From a bacterium (GTDB lineage Bacteria; UBP7; UBA6624; JBBIMK01), in assembly GCA_037444445.1 (NCBI GenBank), contig JBBIMK010000001.1:210001-242000 (forward strand): a stretch of 32,000 bases of DNA, given 5' to 3'. Shown piece after piece: positions 15,705-24,699 of the stretch (positions are counted from its first letter, which is position 1; the number at the start of each line of letters is the position of its first letter). Below the pieces are notes generated by a model. It did no database searches, was not told the origin of the DNA, and was given only the letters and a program-made list of their open reading frames with translations. Made by a program: the position numbers and the translations under genes.

Positions 15705-16949
15705 ATGGGAAAATTGGGGCATTTAATCTATATCACCGAGGGTTATCCACCCACCCCTGGCGCTGTTTCAGTCATATCGGATGGCTGGGTGAAATACCTC
15801 CGAAAAGAGGGTTGGAAGGTCAGTGTGGTAGCGCCAATTTATTCTGATGAAAGCGCCCAATCCTCTGACCCTGAAGTTTACTTCATTTCCATTCCACGGC
15901 CATCCTCTTTTCCTTCCCGCATTTCTTATTTAATCCAGAAAAATTTTACTCCTTTTGGCAGGCAATATCTCTGGATAAATCCAGCCATAAAAAAAATACA
16001 GGAAATCCATAGAAAGTATCCCTGCAATTTGCTTCTCGCATGGTCAGCGTCTGCAAGTCACATAGCCAGTCAATTGAGCCCAATCCTGAAGATTCCTGTT
16101 GCATTATTCTACTGGGACACCTGGACGGTGAATCCGGGGTTACAGAATTTCCCCTTTTACCTTCGCTGGAGGAAAAGCCTCCGAAATACTCTGGCTCGAG
16201 GCATGGAGAGAAAGATTCTTGCCACTGCAAGCCACATTTTTTTACACGGAGAACGACTGAAAAATCTTTACCGGCAAAATTTTCAAGTATCCTCTGACAG
16301 AGTGTCTTCGGTGTACATTGGGTATGACCCCGAGAAGATTCAAAGCCTTCTGAATGTTTTCCCTCGGGCAGGACCTACACTAACTTTTATTTATTCCGGT
16401 TCTATTCCATCCGCCGTTTCTCAATCCATAGCCACCCTATCTCAGGGACTTCATCAGATGAAGGAAGAAGAACGAGCAAACTTCAAGTTTCACTTCAGAG
16501 TTTACGGCCAGTACTCATCATTAAAAGCAAACCTGATTCATTATGGTTTATCGGGGAGTTTCGTGCTTCATCCGGGCTGGGTCTCGCACTCCGAATCATT
16601 GGAAGAAGTAGCCAGAAATCACATTGCTATAGACCTGCGTTCAACCGATTCTTTTCAGGTTCCTTCCACGAAACTTTTTATCTATCTCGGCTTAAAAAAA
16701 CCGGTTTTACACATAGGCTCACCTGAATCAGAAGAGGCACACATTTTACAAATCACCCGAGCCGGCTGGAGCATCCAGCCGGGCGACAAGAAGGGGCTGG
16801 CTCACCTTTTACGAGAACTCTATCAAAAATTCCTCCATCAGAAGCCTCTCATTACCCCTGATTTGACGGCAATTCAGGCTTATTCCTTGCCTGTTCAGGT
16901 CCGAAAAATGAGTGAAATTTTACAGGGTCTTCTGCATCACCAGCGTTAA
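15705..16949 (+). CDS. GT-B fold glycosyltransferase (GT4/WbuB-like)
   Basis: 414-aa ORF. The N-terminal half is Rossmann-like (LIYITEGYPP...KEGWKVSVVAP). The C-terminal half has VPSTKLFIYLGLKKPVL....G, resembling the S-P-x-K-x-F-E-Y-x-A-x-G-x-P motif of WbuB-type GT4 enzymes. It is paralogous to 17018..18232. Confidence 0.6.
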   Translation: MGKLGHLIYITEGYPPTPGAVSVISDGWVKYLRKEGWKVSVVAPIYSDESAQSSDPEVYFISIPRPSSFPSRISYLIQKNFTPFGRQYLWINPAIKKIQEIHRKYPCNLLLAWSASASHIASQLSPILKIPVALFYWDTWTVNPGLQNFPFYLRWRKSLRNTLARGMERKILATASHIFLHGERLKNLYRQNFQVSSDRVSSVYIGYDPEKIQSLLNVFPRAGPTLTFIYSGSIPSAVSQSIATLSQGLHQMKEEERANFKFHFRVYGQYSSLKANLIHYGLSGSFVLHPGWVSHSESLEEVARNHIAIDLRSTDSFQVPSTKLFIYLGLKKPVLHIGSPESEEAHILQITRAGWSIQPGDKKGLAHLLRELYQKFLHQKPLITPDLTAIQAYSLPVQVRKMSEILQGLLHHQR

Positions 16950-17017
16950 AATTCAATGCGTTTCCACCTTCCCTTATGCTTTCAAAGTCGGATTCCGAAT
17001 TTCACGCTGGATACTGC

Positions 17018-18232
17018 TCAGGAAATCAGAATGGATTCCAGGATATGTGAGAGTTTATTCACCTGCACGGGGAGGGATAATTTTCGTATTTCTTCTTCAT
17101 CAGGCTTAACCAAAGGTTCATTTTTCTTCTTCTTTTCCTGAATTTCCAATAAAATTTGCTTCATCCTCTCCGTGTCTTCAGGATGAACGACCCAGCCAAG
17201 ACCTGTAATAGCCACTAACTGTCCTTCTGTGGAATGAGGATGCACGATAGATAGAATGGGTTTCCGATACAACATATAGGAGAATATCCGATTGCAACCA
17301 TAATCAAAGGGATTTGAGGAACGGAAAGTGAGGCAAATATCCGCTTCTTCCACTCTTTGATGATATTCCCGCAAAGTTAAAGCTGGAGAAAATGAAATAG
17401 AGCAGGTTAAAGGAAGACCCTGGATGAATTTCTGGGCTTCCTTCGCCCAGCCGGATATATAAAAAGATATATGTGTTTTCTCAGCCATTTCAGGCAAAGA
17501 TTGAAGGGTAAGAAGAAAATTTTTGAGGCTTTTCCAGGCGTTGAGCGGCAGACTTCCCCCAAAAAGAAAATGGAGTGTATCCGGTCTTTGAAAGATTCTT
17601 CCGGGCATCCGCTCATCCGGGTTCCAGGCATTATAGAGGATGGCTGTTTTTTCAGGGGGTAAGTGGAATGTTCGGAGGTAGGGTTCCCGCAGCTGTTCGG
17701 CAAGGAAGAAAATATAACGGGCATTCTGTAAAATTTTCCATTCCATTCTCCGCCATATCCAGTTCTTCAACTGTTTTTTCCATCTTTTTCTCAGAGGGAA
17801 AGCCAGAAGGTATGGGTTTACTGTCCAGGCATCTCGCTGGTCTATCACATAAGGAACTTTAAGTTTTTGAAAACATTGGTATGCGAGATAAGAAGAGAGG
17901 AATCCTTGAGCCACGATTCCTGCGGGTTGAAAGGACTGGGCTTCTTGCAAAAGAAGGGGCTTAGCACTGGCAACCCACCACCAGTTAAGGCTGAAAGGGC
18001 TCAAAGATTTCTTCAGATTCCATTGCAATCTATCTATCAATCCGAACTGCCTGATAGAGGCTCCCCGGGAGATTTCCTCTTTCTCAATCTTTCGGTTCAT
18101 CGTGGATGGGGCAAAAACCCGCACTTCCCACCCTTTTTGCCTTAATCCAGTTACAAAGCGACGAGCGATGATAGATAGGGAGGAATTACTCTCCCATTCT
18201 GCGTCTGTAAGGTAGAGTAATCTTTTCTGCAT
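17018..18232 (-). CDS. GT-B fold glycosyltransferase, paralogue of 15705..16949
   Basis: The track ORF starts at a GTG at 18271. I prefer the ATG at 18232 (MQKRLLYLTDAEW...) by alignment with the paralogue N-terminus (MGKLGHLIYITEGY...). Shared blocks are (D)AWTVNP / DTWTVNP, R.MEWKILQNARYIFF / RGMERKILATASHIFL and the C-terminal LSLPVQVNKLSHILESIL / YSLPVQVRKMSEILQGLL. Confidence 0.6.
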   Translation of the reverse strand: MQKRLLYLTDAEWESNSSLSIIARRFVTGLRQKGWEVRVFAPSTMNRKIEKEEISRGASIRQFGLIDRLQWNLKKSLSPFSLNWWWVASAKPLLLQEAQSFQPAGIVAQGFLSSYLAYQCFQKLKVPYVIDQRDAWTVNPYLLAFPLRKRWKKQLKNWIWRRMEWKILQNARYIFFLAEQLREPYLRTFHLPPEKTAILYNAWNPDERMPGRIFQRPDTLHFLFGGSLPLNAWKSLKNFLLTLQSLPEMAEKTHISFYISGWAKEAQKFIQGLPLTCSISFSPALTLREYHQRVEEADICLTFRSSNPFDYGCNRIFSYMLYRKPILSIVHPHSTEGQLVAITGLGWVVHPEDTERMKQILLEIQEKKKKNEPLVKPDEEEIRKLSLPVQVNKLSHILESILIS

Positions 18233-18276
18233 TCCGATTAAATCATACCTTCCGAAAAACCAGAAAACCACTAAAA

Positions 18277-20217
18277 GTGGATTTTCGGCAGGAAGTAATG
18301 TGGTATAATAATAATGGTGAAGGGAAGTTGGAACGAGAGCGATTACCGATCAGTAATTTTTCGGCAATTTTGATATTCGTAGTGCTTGCTTTTGTCATCC
18401 TGATGGCGATTTATAAATTTAGCCAGCCAATAAAGACAGAATTTTTCAGCGACTTCCGGGAGAAATTGCGGTCAGGTGAAATCCAGAAGGTCAGCATCAA
18501 CCCCCAAACGAATGAAGTCCTTTATTGGCTAAAAAGGGACAAAAATGCCCAGACTTATCGTGCAAAAGTGGTCATCACAGAAGGGTTGATGCAAGATATT
18601 GAGGCATATGCTCCGGAATACGATTCACAGGCGCCTTCCGTGTGGCAGTCCTACATGCCCTCTTTTACCGTCCTCATTGTCATCATCGGACTTACTTTTC
18701 TCATCTGGATGCTGTTTTTAAGACAGGCACAGAACACCGGTGCGCAGGCCTTTGCTTTCAGCAAAAGCCGTGCCAAACTGCTGGTGGATAACAAGCCCAA
18801 AGTAACTTTCAATGAAGTGGCGGGGATGGATGAAGCGAAGGAGGAGTTAAAAGAGGTGGTTGATTTTCTACGGAGCACCGAGAAGTTCCGGCGAGTGGGG
18901 GCTCGGATTCCTAAGGGGGTGCTTCTGGTGGGGCCGCCCGGGTGTGGAAAAACGCTACTGGCAAGGGCTGTAGCCGGTGAAGCCAGCGTGCCATTTCTTC
19001 ATATCAGCGGCTCTGAATTTGTAGAATTATTCGTGGGAGTGGGTGCATCACGGGTTCGGGATTTATTCACGACGGCCGAAAAAAACGCCCCATGCGTGGT
19101 GTTCATAGACGAAATCGACGCCGTGGGACGCCAACGGGGTGCCGGGCTGGGCGGTGGCCACGATGAAAGAGAGCAAACCCTGAACCAGCTTTTGGTGGAA
19201 ATGGACGGGTTCAACCCCAATGTGGGCATCGTGGTGCTGGCGGCTACCAATCGTCCTGATATTCTGGACCCCGCGCTGCTTCGCCCCGGGCGTTTTGATA
19301 GAAGGGTAGTGATTGACCGCCCCGACCAGAAAGGACGCCTGGAAATTCTCAAGGTTCATATCCGCCAGGTTCCCCTGACACCCAATGTGAACCTGGAGCA
19401 CCTGGCTCAAAGAACCCCAGGATTTACCGGGGCTGACCTGGCAAATATGGTGAATGAAGCGGCCATCCTGGCCGCTCGGGAAAATAAGGTCAAAGTTGAA
19501 CCACGCCACTTCGAAGAAGCCATAGAGCGCGTCATCGCAGGTCCTCAGCGAAAAAGCCGCATCATCAGCGACCGAGAAAAGGAAATTGTGGCTTACCATG
19601 AATCCGGTCATGCCATTCTCGGATGGATTCTCCCCCACGCTGACCAGGTACACAAAATTTCCATCCTGCCTCGAGGGCTTGCCCTGGGGTATACCCTTCA
19701 GTTGCCTGAGGAAGATAAATATTTAATGACCCGAGGAGAATTGATGGATAAAATGACCGTCCTCATCGGAGGACGAGTAGCAGAGGAAATCACCTTCCAT
19801 GAAATTAGCACGGGGGCCCAGAATGACCTGGAAGACCTCACAGAACTCACGAGAAAAATGGTAAAAGAGTTCGGCATGAGTGATGTTCTGGGACCCATCA
19901 CTTACGGAAAGAGATATGGCTCCATCTTCCTGGGGCGGGATATAGCTACGGAACGGGATTACAGCGAAGAAACCGCCCAGCAAATTGATGAAGAAGTGAA
20001 AAGGCTCATAAAATTTATTCACCACCGCGCCAAAACCCTGCTGGAGAAATATCAAGATGTATTGAACCGAGTAGCGAAAAGACTTATCCAGGTGGAGAAT
20101 TTAGAGAAAGAAGAGTTTGAACATCTGATGAAGGAACTTGAAGTGCCTCGGAATTCTGACCTTTTCGCCTATGAACCTGCCTTAGAAAGTTACATCCACG
20201 AGGCTTCTCCGGAATAA
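18277..20217 (+). CDS. ftsH: ATP-dependent zinc metalloprotease FtsH
   Basis: 646-aa ORF with two N-terminal TMs, Walker A GPPGCGKT, Walker B VVFIDEID, an SRH region and the zinc motif HESGHA. The start is ambiguous between the GTG at 18277 and the ATG at 18298, and a TGgTATAAT box sits at 18301-18309 inside the 5' end. Confidence 0.93.
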   Translation: MDFRQEVMWYNNNGEGKLERERLPISNFSAILIFVVLAFVILMAIYKFSQPIKTEFFSDFREKLRSGEIQKVSINPQTNEVLYWLKRDKNAQTYRAKVVITEGLMQDIEAYAPEYDSQAPSVWQSYMPSFTVLIVIIGLTFLIWMLFLRQAQNTGAQAFAFSKSRAKLLVDNKPKVTFNEVAGMDEAKEELKEVVDFLRSTEKFRRVGARIPKGVLLVGPPGCGKTLLARAVAGEASVPFLHISGSEFVELFVGVGASRVRDLFTTAEKNAPCVVFIDEIDAVGRQRGAGLGGGHDEREQTLNQLLVEMDGFNPNVGIVVLAATNRPDILDPALLRPGRFDRRVVIDRPDQKGRLEILKVHIRQVPLTPNVNLEHLAQRTPGFTGADLANMVNEAAILAARENKVKVEPRHFEEAIERVIAGPQRKSRIISDREKEIVAYHESGHAILGWILPHADQVHKISILPRGLALGYTLQLPEEDKYLMTRGELMDKMTVLIGGRVAEEITFHEISTGAQNDLEDLTELTRKMVKEFGMSDVLGPITYGKRYGSIFLGRDIATERDYSEETAQQIDEEVKRLIKFIHHRAKTLLEKYQDVLNRVAKRLIQVENLEKEEFEHLMKELEVPRNSDLFAYEPALESYIHEASPE

Positions 20218-20220
20218 CCC

Positions 20221-20928
20221 TTAACCCTGCGAATCTTCGCCTCCAGAAGGTGCGGAAGAAACGGGATGTAAAGATTCGGGCAAAAGCGCCAGAATGCGTT
20301 GAATGATTTTCTCGGTTAGAATCTTAGGGAGGTCGGGAGAATTTTCCTTCCTGTAAAATTCACTCATATCAAGAGGGGAACCATAAATGACGCGAACTGG
20401 ATAAGGGCGCGGAAAACGGGAGCCTTTGGGTAAGGCTTGAAAAGAACCCACCACCGCAGCGGGAATCACAGGGGCTTCCGCCTGCAAGGCAATCACCGCT
20501 GCACCGGTATGAACCTTCTCCGGGTGAAATCGTCCATCAACGGAACGAGTTCCCTCAGGAAAAACCACTACCGCTTCTCCTCTTTTTAATAAATCTATGG
20601 CTGCACGAATGGCGCTATAGGACCCGGCACGGGTGGAACGATAAACAGGCACCTGCCCCCATTGACGCATCAAAAATTTTAAGAGGGAAACATCAAATAA
20701 CTCCGATTTGGCAAGAAAACGCAATGTCCTGGGAAAAGTTACACCTAATAATACAGGGTCTAAATAACTGCAATGATTGGACACTACAAGAACCGGGCCG
20801 GTTCGTGGAATGTAAGCCTTTCCCTCCGCCCGAACACGAAAAAATGATTTACTAAGGGTCCAAACCACGGGTTTAGCCGTGAACCATAACCAGGTGTTCA
20901 TGGGATAAAAATCCGAAGGACTATCCAA
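20221..20928 (-). CDS. plsC: 1-acyl-sn-glycerol-3-phosphate acyltransferase
   Basis: 235-aa ORF with the HX4D motif NHCSYLDP and FPEGTRS. The track start is a TTG at 20928, overlapping cmk by 8 nt. The alternative is the ATG at 20901. Confidence 0.88.
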   Translation of the reverse strand: MDSPSDFYPMNTWLWFTAKPVVWTLSKSFFRVRAEGKAYIPRTGPVLVVSNHCSYLDPVLLGVTFPRTLRFLAKSELFDVSLLKFLMRQWGQVPVYRSTRAGSYSAIRAAIDLLKRGEAVVVFPEGTRSVDGRFHPEKVHTGAAVIALQAEAPVIPAAVVGSFQALPKGSRFPRPYPVRVIYGSPLDMSEFYRKENSPDLPKILTEKIIQRILALLPESLHPVSSAPSGGEDSQG

Positions 20929-21574
20929 GGCGTGTCTTTAACTCTCCCTCTATGAGAGACAATACCTCCTCTATTGGCTTCCGAGTTGTATCCACCTTAA
21001 GAACGGATGCGACTTTCTGTAGGGGGGTGCATTCTCGGTGGGTATCCCTGTAATCCCGAACCAGAATCCAGCGAAAAACCTCGTGAAAACGAATATCAGG
21101 ATTCCAGGAAGATAGGTCTTTATACCGACGCCAGGCGCGAACATGAGGTTCAGCATCCAGGTAAATTTTCAGGAGTGCGTCAGGAAAGACGACCGTGGTG
21201 GTGTCGCGGCCTTCAGCCACCACATTTTTCCCCTCCGCCATATTTCGCTGAAGGAGAACCAAACGCTGACGCACCCGAGGGTAGGTGGCAAGGATGGAAG
21301 CCGCTTCATCCACCACGGGCTCATAGAAGTTTACACCCACAGGCTGCCCTTCTATGTGCACGGCACTTCCCTGGATTTGAACAGGCCAGGCATCCAGTAA
21401 AGGCAAGGCTTCAGGCTCCACTAAAGGTATTTTACGAGATAAAGATAGAAATGCCAGCGCCCGATAGGTCAGACCGGTATTCAAATATTCCCACTTCAGC
21501 CGTTTTGCCAATTCTCTGGCGATAGTGGACTTGCCAGAGCCAGCGGGACCATCAATTGCAATGACAGCAGTCAT
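20921..21574 (-). CDS. cmk: Cytidylate kinase
   Basis: 217-aa ORF with the P-loop IAIDGPAGSGKST and a typical Cmk length and layout. It has an ATGA overlap with the upstream gene. Confidence 0.9.
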   Translation of the reverse strand: MTAVIAIDGPAGSGKSTIARELAKRLKWEYLNTGLTYRALAFLSLSRKIPLVEPEALPLLDAWPVQIQGSAVHIEGQPVGVNFYEPVVDEAASILATYPRVRQRLVLLQRNMAEGKNVVAEGRDTTTVVFPDALLKIYLDAEPHVRAWRRYKDLSSWNPDIRFHEVFRWILVRDYRDTHRECTPLQKVASVLKVDTTRKPIEEVLSLIEGELKTRLG

Positions 21575-22506
21575 TTCAAGGCCAATTCTTTTAGCGCTGT
21601 GGTCAGGATGAGTTTCAGGTCCTCTTTAGACAGGGTTCCACAGGTGCGTAAAATCATTTCTCCCTTTCGGTTGACTATCACCAGAAGGGGCAGATACTCA
21701 TCCTTCTGATTTTCCAGAATAGAAGAAACTTCGCGAGGAGAAAACTGAAGGGGAAACACTTTTTTCAGCGGGTGCTCACGCAAAAAGTTCTCCAGTAGAC
21801 CTTGCGAAGCAAAGGAAGGGGCGAAGAACACAAATTGTGGAAATTGAGAAGCAATACCCTCCAGTTCTAAAATAGAACGCTCTGAGGGCAACGAGAGGGG
21901 AAGCCAGAAGAAAAATATGGCTGGTTTCTCCCGCCATAACTCTCCAGGCGGAAGAGATGGATAACCCTTCAAGGATTGTAGAGTTAGAGGTGGAAATGAC
22001 CCATATTTTGCAAAGGCTAAAAGGGCTTCCATCCGCAAATCATTCAGATAAGCCCGAGTTTTCTGCTCAATTTCCTTCCCCCGAAGATTCACAAACTTTA
22101 ATTTTCCTTCCTTGTCTATCAGGAAAGTAGCGGGCAGATGGCGCACCTCATACGCTTTGACGGCGGGGTCATCCAAGCCGGATGCCAGCAAAATATTGAT
22201 GAATTGAAGCATGGGATACCGCACTTCCCGGAAAGTTTCTTTGGATTCACCCACGGCAATAGCAAGCACTTCCAACTTCCCCGCATAGGTTTCATCCAGG
22301 TCTAACACGATTCGGTAATCATCAAAAGCATCCATATTAAAGAAAGTCAGTAAGATAGGCTTACCGGGATAATTTTTTAAGGATACCGTTTCATCTTCCA
22401 GATTTTTCAGCACAAAATCAGGGGCTCTGGAACCCACGCGGAGCGCAGAAATCAGCAGGAGAAACAGGGTTACACGCAGGAAATGGGTGATATCTTTTTT
22501 CCTCAT
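21571..22506 (-). CDS. Exported or membrane-anchored protein with two thioredoxin/redoxin-like folds lacking CxxC
   Basis: 311-aa ORF with an N-terminal hydrophobic anchor. A TlpA/ResA-like entry (APDFVLKNLEDETVSLKNYPGKPILLTFFN) is followed by MDAFDD where WCxxC is expected. The second half (KPAIFFFWLPLSLPSERS...LPLLVIVNRKGE) repeats this pattern. The only Cys lies near the C-terminus. Confidence 0.55.
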   Translation of the reverse strand: MRKKDITHFLRVTLFLLLISALRVGSRAPDFVLKNLEDETVSLKNYPGKPILLTFFNMDAFDDYRIVLDLDETYAGKLEVLAIAVGESKETFREVRYPMLQFINILLASGLDDPAVKAYEVRHLPATFLIDKEGKLKFVNLRGKEIEQKTRAYLNDLRMEALLAFAKYGSFPPLTLQSLKGYPSLPPGELWREKPAIFFFWLPLSLPSERSILELEGIASQFPQFVFFAPSFASQGLLENFLREHPLKKVFPLQFSPREVSSILENQKDEYLPLLVIVNRKGEMILRTCGTLSKEDLKLILTTALKELALK

Positions 22507-23123
22507 GGCGATTTTGCAGGTTTCCTGAAGAGAATAATTTTACGATTATTCACATCTCCGACGGTTCTGGAATCCACATCGGGAAACTCCTTGAGCATTT
22601 CATACACCATTTCTCGGTCTTCGCGGCTCAGAGAATCCAGAACGACTTCTTTGCCCGTTTGGAGAACACTTTGAACGAATTCCTGGAGTTCTTTTCGGAG
22701 GAAAATTTTCCTTCTTCGGCGGTAGTTACCCACATCCAGCAAAACCCTGCGTCGTTCATTTAATTTTTTGAAAATTTCTTCTGCCAGCAATTGGACTGCA
22801 TCCAGGGTTAGCGCTCTTTTTCCGATGAGTAGCCCCAGGTTCTCCCCCACGACATTGTAACGAACTTCGTTTTCGTCTACAGAAGCCACTTTCACTTCCC
22901 CAGAAGGGGTGATGGATTCTACAATTTTCTGGAGAAATGCACGAGTAATTTCCAGGCTTTTCTGACGTTCCTTCAGAGTGGCTTTAATAATCGTGTGATG
23001 AGGAGTTTCTTCCAGAACTTCCACCACCACTTCAGAACGAACCGCTTTTAACTCCCGCAAAGCACGCTGGAGGGCTTCTTCCTTTGTTACACCGATGGCT
23101 TCGACCCACTCTTCTTTTTCCAT
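22503..23123 (-). CDS. jag: Jag/KhpB RNA-binding protein (Jag_N-KH-R3H)
   Basis: 206-aa ORF with an N-terminal IGVTKEEALQRAL (Jag_N), a KH-like centre and a C-terminal R3H-type region. It sits immediately downstream of yidC as in many bacteria and overlaps the yidC 3' end by 37 nt. Confidence 0.8.
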   Translation of the reverse strand: MEKEEWVEAIGVTKEEALQRALRELKAVRSEVVVEVLEETPHHTIIKATLKERQKSLEITRAFLQKIVESITPSGEVKVASVDENEVRYNVVGENLGLLIGKRALTLDAVQLLAEEIFKKLNERRRVLLDVGNYRRRRKIFLRKELQEFVQSVLQTGKEVVLDSLSREDREMVYEMLKEFPDVDSRTVGDVNNRKIILFRKPAKSP

Positions 23124-24490
23124 CCCTTTTTGTTTCCTTCCTCAGAAAGAAGGTTCCTCTCTTCCCTACGCAAAACAGTGTATATAATTTCATTTTCTAT
23201 TATACCCGAAATGGAAAAAGTTACGAAATAAAGCAATAAACCCACAGGGAAGTAAATACTGACAATAATCACCATCAAAGTTAGAAAATTAGGAGTCAGC
23301 AGTGGAGATGTATTAGTGGGGCGGGGTCCGGAAAGTTTTGTAAATTGTCGCTGATAGAAAAACTGGGAAAAAGCATATAGAGCCACTAATAAAAAGGCAG
23401 GCAAATAAATGAGCATCCAGAAAATAGCATTGGACTGATGCCTTTTGAAAAGGAGAGAACCGGAAGGAAGCTGAGGTAACAGGGTGGCGATGGGGACTGT
23501 AATAGAGGCGCTGGATTCCCCGCGATATACCCGATAGCCTTCAGCGCCGAAAGCATGTCTCCATTGGAGTTCCAATCCATCGCGATATTTACCCTGACTT
23601 ACCGTGAAATGAGATATGGAATCCAAAGAGGCGTAACCCGTATCAGTTTCGACAAATTCTTCTTGCGCTCCGGACAAAAAAAGCACCTTCAGTTTATAGA
23701 CATATTCTTCCCCGGGGCGGACGGAAGTATCTTCATAGATATTTTTCTTCAGAGGTTCCGGGGTAATCGGTTTGAATTCTGCCTCTGGCGGAGTAGCACG
23801 GAGCAATTGATATACCGCTGACTTTTCTTTTCCCCAGACTACGACAACTTTATCCCGATAAGTTCCATCCGAGGCGTGAATGAACTTTCGGTAGAACCCT
23901 GAAGAAGGTAAATCCCCGGAGGTTTTCAGGCTTTGTTGAATCTCCGGGTCTGCCCATCCCTCAACCTTTTCAGATGGACTTTCCTCTTTCTGATTCCGAA
24001 GTGTGAAGACTTGATAGAAATAATGCTTGCCGGGTTGTGCTGTCCTATCCTGGTAGGTAGTGGGTAAGGGTAGCTGAGGAAGAGTTGTCAGGGGAACCTG
24101 GCTTAAAGGCATACTCAAAAAGGTCACCTTTTCAAAAATACCTCCATTGATGTGGGGGTCCCGAAGTAAACTGAACAGAGCAAAGAACAAAGGTAACTGA
24201 AGGAATATTGGAAAACATCCAGCAAAGGGATTCACCCTGTGTTCAGAATAAAGGCGCATGACTTCCCGATTATATGCCTGGATGTCTTTCTTTTTTAAGG
24301 GTTCTAATTGCTGGAGAAGAGGTTGTAACTTCTGAATCCGACGAGAAAAACGAAACTGTTGAAGCGTAATAGGATGCAGAAAAATTTTAATAGAAAGAGT
24401 CAGGAGAATAATATCTATACTGTAATTCCCGGTGATGCGGTGGAAAAAATTTAATATCTGAAAAAGGAAAAACGCCAGGGAAGTAATCAT
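23087..24490 (-). CDS. yidC: YidC/Oxa1-family membrane insertase with a ~215-aa Fn3-like repeat insertion
   Basis: 467-aa ORF. Core elements are a TM with a basic groove residue (IILLTLSIKIFLHP), a cytoplasmic coiled hairpin (QQFRFSRRIQKLQPLLQQLEP...NREVMRLYSEHRVNP), PFAGCFPIFLQLPLFFALF and the C-terminal TMs. Position is rnpA-yidD-yidC-jag. Residues ~133-350 (23441-24094) are extra. Confidence 0.88.
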   Translation of the reverse strand: MITSLAFFLFQILNFFHRITGNYSIDIILLTLSIKIFLHPITLQQFRFSRRIQKLQPLLQQLEPLKKKDIQAYNREVMRLYSEHRVNPFAGCFPIFLQLPLFFALFSLLRDPHINGGIFEKVTFLSMPLSQVPLTTLPQLPLPTTYQDRTAQPGKHYFYQVFTLRNQKEESPSEKVEGWADPEIQQSLKTSGDLPSSGFYRKFIHASDGTYRDKVVVVWGKEKSAVYQLLRATPPEAEFKPITPEPLKKNIYEDTSVRPGEEYVYKLKVLFLSGAQEEFVETDTGYASLDSISHFTVSQGKYRDGLELQWRHAFGAEGYRVYRGESSASITVPIATLLPQLPSGSLLFKRHQSNAIFWMLIYLPAFLLVALYAFSQFFYQRQFTKLSGPRPTNTSPLLTPNFLTLMVIIVSIYFPVGLLLYFVTFSISGIIENEIIYTVLRREERNLLSEEGNKKGWKKKSGSKPSV

Positions 24491-24699
24491 CAGGGAAGGG
24501 GGTCAATTCCTCCCGGGTGAAAAGGGTGACACCGAAAAATACGACAAATCGCCAGATACCCTCCTTTCATTACCCCGTATTTTTCAATCGCTTCACAGGC
24601 ATATTGAGAGCAAGAAGGTTCAAAACGGCACACCCGGGGCAACAGACGAGAAAGCGTGCTTTGATAACAACGAATGAGGAAAATAAGAAAAGTTTTCAT
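24490..24699 (-). CDS. yidD: Membrane protein insertion efficiency factor YidD
   Basis: I start it at the ATG at 24699, giving 69 aa (MKTFLIFLIRCYQSTLSRLLPRVCRFEPSCSQYACEAIEKYG...CHPFHPGGIDPLP), the canonical YidD signature. It has an ATGA overlap with the rnpA stop and a TGATG overlap with the yidC start. The longer track ORF (to 24843) is an upstream in-frame extension. Confidence 0.9.
   Translation of the reverse strand: MKTFLIFLIRCYQSTLSRLLPRVCRFEPSCSQYACEAIEKYGVMKGGYLAICRIFRCHPFHPGGIDPLP

Noticed and set aside
16950-17017. Bidirectional terminator between the convergent glycosyltransferase genes.
   Set aside because: Only a TCGGA-t-TCCGA palindrome is present. Its 1-nt loop cannot form a hairpin, and there is no GC-rich stem followed by a T-run.
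19063-19653. 196-aa minus-strand ORF antisense to ftsH, plus similar antisense or alternative-frame ORFs (for example 1475-1873, 2702-3070, 18999-19352, 25457-25840, 25869-26453).
   Set aside because: Each lies entirely within a gene that has unmistakable family motifs on the other strand or frame. They have low-complexity, Arg/Ser/Pro/Gly-rich junk-like translations and no SD. ORF 25869-26453 even runs through tRNA-Asp.
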